Virus record (IMG/VR): IMGVR_UViG_3300045988_094110
DNA: 35,590 nucleotides
From: a virus
Strand: one strand, 5' to 3'
The notes below the pieces were generated by a model. That model had not been told where the DNA came from. It did not search any database and was given only the letters and a program-made list of their open reading frames with translations. Both the position numbers and the translations under genes were made by a program. How positions within the stretch are numbered: position 1 is the stretch's first letter; every line of letters begins with the position of its first letter. This document shows, piece after piece, positions 29,138 to 35,590 of this stretch.

Positions 29138-30497
29138 CTACACCGCCAGCGACGGGCTGGATGCGGCCAAGCTGGTGCGCATCGGCGGGACGGTGCTGGA
29201 CCCATGGCAGAGCGACATTCTGGACGATTGGCTGGGGCGCACGCCCGCGGGTAAGTGGGCCGCGCCCTCCGCGGGCGGCAGCGTGCCGCGCCAGAACGGG
29301 AAAAGCCTGCTGATCCAGGCGCGCAGCGAGGCGGGAATGCTTTTGTACAACGAGCAGGTCGTCTACACGGCGCACCTGCAGAAAACCGCCACCGAGACGT
29401 TTGAGGAGATGCGGGACTTTTTTGAGGGACCGAAGCTGCGCCGCCATGTGGCCGAGATCAAGACGGCCATCGGGCGCGAGCAGATCATCCTGAAGTCCGG
29501 CGCGCGCATCAAGTTTCTGGCGCGCACCCGCAACGGCGGACGCGGCCAGCACGGCGACCTGCTGATCTTTGACGAGGCGCAGGAGCTGGACGAGACGCAG
29601 CAGGCGTCGTTTCTGCCTGCCATCTCGGCCAGCCTGAACCCGCAGACGCTCTATCTGGGCACGCCGCCAGACGAGAACGCCGACGGCACGGTTTTCCGCC
29701 GCATCCGCGCCGGTGCGCTGGACGGCAGCGCCAAGCGCACGGCATGGTTTGAATACTCCGTCAAGGAGATCGGCGACATCCACGATCCGGCGCGGTGGGC
29801 CGCGGCCAACCCGGCGCTGGGGCGGCGCATCCAGCTGTCCACCATCGAGGGCGAGGCCGCGCAAATGTCCCCGGATACGTTTGCGCGGGAGCGGCTGGGC
29901 TGGTGGAGCCCGGTGGTGACGGAAAAGCTGGACTATGCGCTGGACAAGAGCGCATGGGACCGCTGCGCCAGCGATGCCGAGAAGCCGGAGGGCAAGACAG
30001 CCTACGGCGTGAAGTTCGCGGCGGACGGCTCTGTGGTCTGCCTGTGCGGCGCGGTCATCCCGAAGGACGGCCCGGCGCGGGTATCGCTGATCGACATGCA
30101 GCCCACAGGCCGCGGCTACGGCTGGCTGGCCGACTGGCTGAACGCCCGCTATGACCGCGCCAGCTGCGTCGTCATCGACGGGCGCAATGGCGTGGATGTG
30201 CTTGTGGACCGGATCAAGGGGAACTGGCGGGCCAGGAACTCTGTTATCCGGCCATCGGCCAAGGATGTGATCGCTGCCGTCAGTGCCCTGACCGACGCCG
30301 TGAACGAGGGACGGCTGACATGGTACCGCCCGCAGACAGCCCTGCGTGAAAGTGCCGTGACCAGCATCAAGCGGCCCATCGGCGGCGGGTACGGCTTCGG
30401 CGGCGACAACAGTCTGCCGGTGGAGGCCTGCGCTCTGGCGCTGTGGGGTGCCAGGACCAGCAAACGAGACCCGACCCGGAGAATGCGGATCGGCTGA
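29058..30497 (+). CDS. terL: Terminase large subunit
   Basis: Walker A-like GGSVPRQNGKS, Walker B LLIFDEA, and a nuclease-half-like C-terminus. GTG 29058 lies 9 nt after GAGGGAG. Confidence 0.85.
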   Translation: MRTRSVKSLASAPLMGSQEPSERVAPDYTASDGLDAAKLVRIGGTVLDPWQSDILDDWLGRTPAGKWAAPSAGGSVPRQNGKSLLIQARSEAGMLLYNEQVVYTAHLQKTATETFEEMRDFFEGPKLRRHVAEIKTAIGREQIILKSGARIKFLARTRNGGRGQHGDLLIFDEAQELDETQQASFLPAISASLNPQTLYLGTPPDENADGTVFRRIRAGALDGSAKRTAWFEYSVKEIGDIHDPARWAAANPALGRRIQLSTIEGEAAQMSPDTFARERLGWWSPVVTEKLDYALDKSAWDRCASDAEKPEGKTAYGVKFAADGSVVCLCGAVIPKDGPARVSLIDMQPTGRGYGWLADWLNARYDRASCVVIDGRNGVDVLVDRIKGNWRARNSVIRPSAKDVIAAVSALTDAVNEGRLTWYRPQTALRESAVTSIKRPIGGGYGFGGDNSLPVEACALALWGARTSKRDPTRRMRIG

Positions 30498-30510
30498 TGA
30501 GGAGAATGTG

Positions 30511-31950
30511 ATGATCGCACTGAATTTCGGCACGGTGGCCGGGCTGACGGGGCCGGAGCAGAAAGCCCTGGACGAGCTTGTCCGGGTCTACAGCCTGCAT
30601 CAGGCCGGCAACGCCGAGAAGGAAAAATACTACGAGGGCCACGTTGCGCTGAAGGACGTGAACCTTGGGATCGCACTGCCGCAGGGCATCCGCAACCTTG
30701 AGATCGGGTGCAGTTGGGGGCAGAAGGCCGTGGACGTGCTGGCCGCCCGCAGCATGTTTGACGGATTTGTGAGCAGCAGCGGCGACAATGCTGTGCTGAA
30801 CCGGTTGATCGCGGACAACCGGCTGATCGCCGAGTACGGCAAGGCCTGCCGGGACGAGCTGAAGTACGGCTGTACGTTCGCAACGCTGTCCGCAGACGCG
30901 GCCATCGGCTGCAAGATACGGTTCCACTCCCCTGCTACGGCGGCAGCGCTGTGGAGCGGCGAGAAGGGGCGCATTGCCTGTGGGCTGGCGATCATTGACA
31001 CCGTGCCGGACGAGCATCTGACCGGCGTGTGGCAGCCGCGCGTGGTGAACCTGTACATGGACAACGCGGTGACAGTGCTGCGCCGGAGGCAGGACGGCTG
31101 GAATGTCCAGCGGATGACCCACGCCATGGGCCGCCCGCTGATGGAGCCGCTGATCTGGAATGCCACGAGCGGCAAGCCGTTTGGCCGCAGCCGCCTGAAG
31201 CGCTCCATCCGCACGCTGATAGACGACTACATCCGCACCGTGACGAACGCCACGATTGCGCTGGAGTTTGACACAACGCCGCAGAAGTACATTCTGGGTG
31301 TGACGGACGAACAGTACGATGTGCTGATCTCCGACAAGTTCAAATCCTACGTGGGCAGCCTGCTGGCGGCGACCAGCAACCCCGAGACCGGCGAGAACCC
31401 GGTATTCGGCCAGCTGGCGCAGGGCAGCCTGAGCCCCCACACCGAGAAGATGCGGATGACGGCGACCCAGTTTGCGGCGGCCACCGGCCTGACCGTGACG
31501 GACGTGGGCGTTGTGAACGATGCGAACCCGACCAGCAGCGATGCCATTCTGGCCCAGAGCCAGACGCTGGTGCTGCTGGCCCAGCAGCTGAACACCGGCA
31601 ACGGCGACGCGCTGCGCACGATTGCCCAGATGGCGCAGGCCATCCTGCGCAACGTGCCGCCCGGTGCGCTGACCGAGGATGAGCGGAACGTGATGCCGCA
31701 CTTTAAAAATCCGGCTATGCCCAGCGTGGCCGTGACGGCGGACGCCGCCATTAAAATTGCCACGGCCCGGGAGGAGTTCGCCAGCACGGACACGTTTTTG
31801 GAGATGATCGGCTTTGACCAGGCCGACATCCGCCGCATCCGTGCGCAGGAACAGCGGGTGCGGGGACAGCAGGTGCTGATGGAGATGGAGGATGAGGATA
31901 ACGACGCAGGCGTGGGAGACGTACATCCGCAGGCTGGCGCAGCTGAATGA
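30511..31950 (+). CDS. Portal protein
   Basis: 479 aa, directly after terL. ATG 30511 follows GAGGAG (the ORF track starts at 30448). Confidence 0.8.
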   Translation: MIALNFGTVAGLTGPEQKALDELVRVYSLHQAGNAEKEKYYEGHVALKDVNLGIALPQGIRNLEIGCSWGQKAVDVLAARSMFDGFVSSSGDNAVLNRLIADNRLIAEYGKACRDELKYGCTFATLSADAAIGCKIRFHSPATAAALWSGEKGRIACGLAIIDTVPDEHLTGVWQPRVVNLYMDNAVTVLRRRQDGWNVQRMTHAMGRPLMEPLIWNATSGKPFGRSRLKRSIRTLIDDYIRTVTNATIALEFDTTPQKYILGVTDEQYDVLISDKFKSYVGSLLAATSNPETGENPVFGQLAQGSLSPHTEKMRMTATQFAAATGLTVTDVGVVNDANPTSSDAILAQSQTLVLLAQQLNTGNGDALRTIAQMAQAILRNVPPGALTEDERNVMPHFKNPAMPSVAVTADAAIKIATAREEFASTDTFLEMIGFDQADIRRIRAQEQRVRGQQVLMEMEDEDNDAGVGDVHPQAGAAE

Positions 31951-32599
31951 GAAGGCCGCGCAGCTTATGGCGGAGTACCTGGCCGCCCACGGCACCGCCG
32001 ACACGGAGGCGCTGACCGACTATGCCGCGGCGCTTGTGCAGAAATACGGTGAGGGCAGCGCCGAGCTGGCCTGCCAGATGTATGATGCCATGGCGGCGCT
32101 GCAGAATGCCAGGGTGTCCCCTGCCGAGCCTGCGGCACCTGCAAGCCGCCGCGAGGTGGCCCGGATGGTGCTGGCCACCCGGGAGAGCCCGCCGCAGATG
32201 CAGAGGGGCGTGAGCAGACTGGTAAAGCGTGCCGGGGCTGACACAACGCTGAAAAACGCGCAGCGGGACGGCGCGGAGTTTGCCTGGGTACCGCACGGCG
32301 ACAGCTGCGCCTTTTGCCTGACGCTGGCAAGCCGCGGCTGGCAGAGAGCCAGCCAGGCGGCCATCAAGGGCGGCCACGCAGAGCACATCCACGCCAACTG
32401 TGACTGCGAGTACGCTGTCCGGTTTGACGGGCGCACAAGCGTGGCCGGGTACGACCCGGAGGCTTATCTGGCGCAGTATAACGCTGCGGGCGGCGATATA
32501 AACAGGATGCGCCGGGTGGACTACGCCGCCAATAAAGAGCGCATCAACGCACAGAAGCGGGCAGCGTATGAAGCGCGGAAGATCCGGGGAGACCCATAA
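31892..32599 (+). CDS. Head morphogenesis protein, Mu F / SPP1 gp7-like
   Basis: WVPHGDSCAFCLTLASRGW...HANCDCEY motif. Located after the portal. Confidence 0.75.
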   Translation: MRITTQAWETYIRRLAQLNEKAAQLMAEYLAAHGTADTEALTDYAAALVQKYGEGSAELACQMYDAMAALQNARVSPAEPAAPASRREVARMVLATRESPPQMQRGVSRLVKRAGADTTLKNAQRDGAEFAWVPHGDSCAFCLTLASRGWQRASQAAIKGGHAEHIHANCDCEYAVRFDGRTSVAGYDPEAYLAQYNAAGGDINRMRRVDYAANKERINAQKRAAYEARKIRGDP

Positions 32600-32603
32600 A
32601 GCC

Positions 32604-32625
32604 AACAGCAGACAGCACTGCTGTT
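32604..32625 (+). terminator. Hairpin AACAGCAG-acagca-CTGCTGTT (weak terminator or processing site)
   Basis: 8-bp stem followed by only a TTATAT tail. A second hairpin, TCTCCGC-N8-GCGGAGA, follows. Confidence 0.3.
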
Positions 32626-32748
32626 TATATGCCCGTCTCCGCTGCACGAGGCGGAGAAAGGCACTGATTTTGCCCGGCACGGCGTTAAACTGTACAGCCA
32701 GTGCGGATGCGACCCGCGTGAACAAAGCGCAGGCGGAAAGGACCAGAG

Positions 32749-33297
32749 ATGAAACGTGAAGAAGTAAAAAACAAGATTCCCGGCATCACTGACGAGCAGC
32801 TGGACTGGCTGATGGGCGAAAACGGCAGGGACGTCACTGCCGAGAAAACCAAAGCTGCCAACCTGCAGACGCAGGTGAACGACCTGACGACCCAGCTGAA
32901 CACCGCCAAGGACGGCCTGAAGGCGTTTGAGGGTGTGGATGTGGCTGATTTGAAGGGGCAGATCACCAAGCTGCAGGGCCAGCTGAGTGAGCAGGCGGAC
33001 GGCTTCGCCTTTGACAGCGCCCTGGATGCCGCCATCCACGGTGCCCACGGGCGCGATGTGAAGGCAATCCGCGGGATGCTGGATGTAGCCGCACTGAAGG
33101 CCAGCAAGGACCGCACCAGCGACATCAAGGCTGCGGTGGAGGCGCTTGCCAAGGAAAAGGCATGGGCCTTTGAAGACATTGGCAGCGGTTACCCCAATGT
33201 GCCCGATGGCGGCAGTGCCGGTGCCGGCGGCGGTACACCTGCGGCAGATGGTGTGGAGGCAGCCTTCAAGGGGATGAATCCGGGGCTGAATGTGTAA
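32749..33297 (+). CDS. Capsid scaffolding protein
   Basis: 182 aa with coiled-coil character, directly upstream of the major capsid gene. Confidence 0.7.
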   Translation: MKREEVKNKIPGITDEQLDWLMGENGRDVTAEKTKAANLQTQVNDLTTQLNTAKDGLKAFEGVDVADLKGQITKLQGQLSEQADGFAFDSALDAAIHGAHGRDVKAIRGMLDVAALKASKDRTSDIKAAVEALAKEKAWAFEDIGSGYPNVPDGGSAGAGGGTPAADGVEAAFKGMNPGLNV

Positions 33298-33395
33298 CGG
33301 CAGATGGCGGCAAGGTCTGCCCTCATCCGCCGCTGCGGCGGCACCTTCTCCCCCCCCCGAGGGGGAAGGCTTGAGAGAAAGAGAGGTAATTTTTT
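33295..33395 (+). promoter_or_regulatory. Structured late-gene leader, copy A (upstream of the major capsid gene)
   Basis: taacggcagatggcggcaaggtctgccctcatccgccgctgcggcggcaccttc...gggggaaggcttgagagaaagagaggt is homologous to 35529-35590 plus 27-118. It can form three hairpins. Confidence 0.55.
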
Positions 33396-34262
33396 ATGGC
33401 ACATGCAAATCAGGAACGCTGGAGCAAGCTGGTGGACGCAAAGCTGCGCAATCAGCTGGTGACCCGCGATAATGCAATCTTCAACAGCCGCTACGAGGGC
33501 AACCCCAAGAGCGGCAAGGTCAAGATCCCGGTGCGTGACACCGAGGTGGAGGTAAAGGCCTACGACAAGGCCAACGGCATCGACCCGAAGGCCGGTACGA
33601 CCACCTACCTTGACCTGGACATCGACCACGACGAGGCCGTGAACGAGCTGATCGACGGCTACGATGCCGCCAGCGTGCCGGACGGCATTGTGGCGGACCG
33701 TCTGGACAGCGCGGGCTACAGCCAGGCACTGTCCATCGACAAGGCAAGTCTGGAGGCCCTGCAGGGCGCAACGGGCGCAAACATCTGCGCCACCAAGAGC
33801 GCCGTGACCGAGGAAAACGCCTACAAGCTGGCGTTGCAGGCCAAGCGCGTGCTGGGCCGTAAGGGCGTGCCTAAGGATGGCCGCTTCATGATCGCATCCC
33901 CGGAGTACATGGAGGTGCTGATGCTGGACAGCCATTTCATCAAGCAGGGCGACCTGTCCCAGGAGCTGGTGCAGACCGGCGCTGTGGGCAAAATCGCAGG
34001 CTTTGCGGTGTATGAGTCCAACAACATGGACTTTGAGAACGCGAACCGCGTTGCCAGCAAAAAGACCACCACCGACTTCATCTGCGGGCACCCGAACTGG
34101 TGCCACCGTGTTATGGAGTGGCAGGTCCCCGTGCATCTGCAGGATCTGAACGGAAGCGGCAAGTACATTGGCGCAAGCGCCGTGCAGGGCCGTAAGGTGT
34201 ACGGTATCAAGGTATCCAAGCCGCAGACGCTGTTTATCAAGCGTACCGAGGCGGCGACCTAA
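33396..34262 (+). CDS. Major capsid protein
   Basis: 288 aa, after the scaffold and before the connector genes. The leader carries a strong RBS. Confidence 0.8.
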   Translation: MAHANQERWSKLVDAKLRNQLVTRDNAIFNSRYEGNPKSGKVKIPVRDTEVEVKAYDKANGIDPKAGTTTYLDLDIDHDEAVNELIDGYDAASVPDGIVADRLDSAGYSQALSIDKASLEALQGATGANICATKSAVTEENAYKLALQAKRVLGRKGVPKDGRFMIASPEYMEVLMLDSHFIKQGDLSQELVQTGAVGKIAGFAVYESNNMDFENANRVASKKTTTDFICGHPNWCHRVMEWQVPVHLQDLNGSGKYIGASAVQGRKVYGIKVSKPQTLFIKRTEAAT

Positions 34263-34273
34263 GGAGGCGCACC

Positions 34274-34642
34274 ATGCGATATGCTACCCTGGCCGATGTG
34301 GAGGCCGGCTTCCGCACGCTGGAGGAGGATGAGCAGCGCCGCTGCCTGGCTTTGCTGGAAGAGGCCGCTACCATAATCGACACATGCAGCGAGAATGCCG
34401 CACCGGACCGCAAGCAGCTGGTGAGCTGCCGCATGGTGCGCCGCGTTTTAGGCGACGGAGCCGCGGCCCAGCTGTACCCCATGGGGGCGACCCAGGGGTC
34501 TGCGTCCGCGATGGGCTACACCCAGAGCTGGACGATGAGCGGCGGCAGCAGCGGTGAGCTGTATCTGTCAAAGCTGGAGAAGCGGCTGCTGGGCCTTGGC
34601 AGCCGCGTGGGGGCGCACAGCCCGCTGGAGGATCTGACATGA
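34274..34642 (+). CDS. Head-tail connector (gp6-like)
   Basis: 122 aa with RBS AAGGAGG. The N-terminus YATLADVEAGFRTLEEDEQRRCLALLEEA is typical of gp6-like adaptors. Confidence 0.65.
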   Translation: MRYATLADVEAGFRTLEEDEQRRCLALLEEAATIIDTCSENAAPDRKQLVSCRMVRRVLGDGAAAQLYPMGATQGSASAMGYTQSWTMSGGSSGELYLSKLEKRLLGLGSRVGAHSPLEDLT

Positions 34643-34971
34643 TCCGCGGGGCTGATGTGCTGCTGTACGTCAGGACGAAGGTCGGCGAGGATGAATTCCA
34701 CGCGCCGGTCTGGCGGGAGACGCCGGTGGTCGTGCACAATGTACTGATCGGAGAGCCGGACGCGGACGCCGTTGTGAGCGAGCTGCAGCTTGCCGGGAAG
34801 CGCCTGGCCTATGTGCTGGCGATCCCCAAGGGCGACACCCACGACTGGGACGATGTGACGGTAGAGTTCTTTGGCCGGAAGTGGCGCACCTACGGCGGTG
34901 TGACCGAGGGCATCGAGGAGCTGCTGCCGCTGGCCTGGAACAAAAAGGTGAAGGTGGAGCGCTATGAATAA
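34639..34971 (+). CDS. Head-closure / head-tail adaptor protein
   Basis: 110-aa ORF, translationally coupled, in the connector module. Confidence 0.55.
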   Translation: MIRGADVLLYVRTKVGEDEFHAPVWRETPVVVHNVLIGEPDADAVVSELQLAGKRLAYVLAIPKGDTHDWDDVTVEFFGRKWRTYGGVTEGIEELLPLAWNKKVKVERYE

Positions 34972-35200
34972 AGTGCGTATCAAGCTGCACAGCGCTGGCG
35001 TCCGGGCGCTTTTGAAGGGCGCCGAGATGCAGAACATCCTGAAAGAGCAGGCCGCGGCTGTAGCGGCGCGATGCGGCGACGGCTACGAATACCGCACCGA
35101 CGTAGCCCAGAAGCGCGCTGTTGCGGACATCTACCCGGCTACCCCCGACGCCCGCCGCGACAACAGCAGGCACAACACGTTGGAGAAATCACTGAAATGA
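34964..35200 (+). CDS. Hypothetical connector-module protein
   Basis: 78-aa ORF that overlaps its neighbours. Confidence 0.45.
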   Translation: MNKVRIKLHSAGVRALLKGAEMQNILKEQAAAVAARCGDGYEYRTDVAQKRAVADIYPATPDARRDNSRHNTLEKSLK

Positions 35201-35532
35201 TCGAGACGACAGTTCTGGACTTTTTGGGCGGCAGGCTGGCCGTGCCGGTGCTGGCAGAAGTGCCGGAAAAGCCCCCCGGCAGCTTTGCCGTGGTGGAGAA
35301 AACGGGCGGCGGACGCAGCAACGGCCTGAAGCAGGCTACGCTTGCCGTGCAGAGCTACGGCGAGACGCTTTTGCAGGCGGCCCGGCTGGATGATGACGTT
35401 GTGGAAGCGATGGCCGAGCTGGCAACGCTGACCGGCGTAGGAGCATGCAGACTGGTCCGTGACTACAACTTTACCGATACGGCGAACAGGCGATACAGAT
35501 ACCAGGCGGTATTTGAGATCGTGTATTATTAA
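35197..35532 (+). CDS. Tail completion / tail terminator-like protein
   Basis: ATG 35197 has an ATGA overlap (the ORF track starts at 35071). It is the last gene before the major tail gene on the circular map. Confidence 0.55.
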   Translation: MIETTVLDFLGGRLAVPVLAEVPEKPPGSFAVVEKTGGGRSNGLKQATLAVQSYGETLLQAARLDDDVVEAMAELATLTGVGACRLVRDYNFTDTANRRYRYQAVFEIVYY

Positions 35533-35590
35533 CGGCAGGCGGAGCAAGGTCTGCCCTCATCCGGCCCTGCGGGGCCACCTTCAGTCTACG
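35529..35590 (+). promoter_or_regulatory. Structured late-gene leader, copy B, 5' part
   Basis: taacggcaggcggagcaaggtctgccctcatccggccctgcggggccaccttc aligns to 33295-33348 with a few substitutions and one indel. Confidence 0.55.
35565..35590. repeat. Terminal direct repeat copy 2 (identical to 1-26)
   Basis: 26/26 identity with the window start. Confidence 0.9.

Noticed and set aside
28887-32004. Long minus-strand ORFs (28887-30533 and 30367-32004) opposite terminase and portal
   Set aside because: Same reasoning as above: antisense shadow ORFs of well-supported plus-strand genes, with low-complexity R/A/P-rich translations.

Overview
This window is a near-complete, circularly closed genome of a temperate siphovirus-like phage or prophage. 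It has a 26-nt end overlap and about 35.56 kb of unique sequence. The host is inferred to be a high-G+C Gram-positive, Clostridia-like bacterium. The plus strand starts with the tail module: major tail protein, G/G-T chaperones with an A_AAA_AAC -1 frameshift site, tape measure, Dit, a Tal-like protein and fibres. Next comes a diversity-generating retroelement (DGR): a frameshifted tail-fibre target with a C-terminal VR, then TR, then a reverse transcriptase. A lysis cassette (M23 endolysin, holin) and an attP-like region follow. The minus strand carries a lysogeny operon: an S24/LexA-type repressor, a low-G+C membrane-anchored DEDDh exonuclease-BRCT gene, a DUF4177-like gene and a tyrosine integrase. 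The plus strand then resumes with early and replication genes: Cro-like and other HTH proteins, NinB, an NrdR-like Zn ribbon, SSB, an iteron-bearing initiator, a DnaB helicase and ParA/ParB. After those come a second low-G+C moron, a late regulator, a ~730-nt structured non-coding region, HNH, terminase, portal, MuF, scaffold, major capsid and connector genes. Four non-standard signals stand out. (1) Seven dispersed copies of a 17-bp palindrome GTGTCCA-N3-TGGACAC, which may be parS-like or global operator sites alongside the phage parAB. (2) The lysogen-expressed exonuclease-BRCT/DUF4177 moron, bracketed by a duplicated repressor 3' end. (3) A DGR that looks partly decayed: RT motif C reads YVDN, the target gene has a frameshift, and no avd is present. 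(4) A duplicated structured leader in front of the capsid and tail-tube genes. All protein-family calls come from motif recognition by eye; no database search was run.
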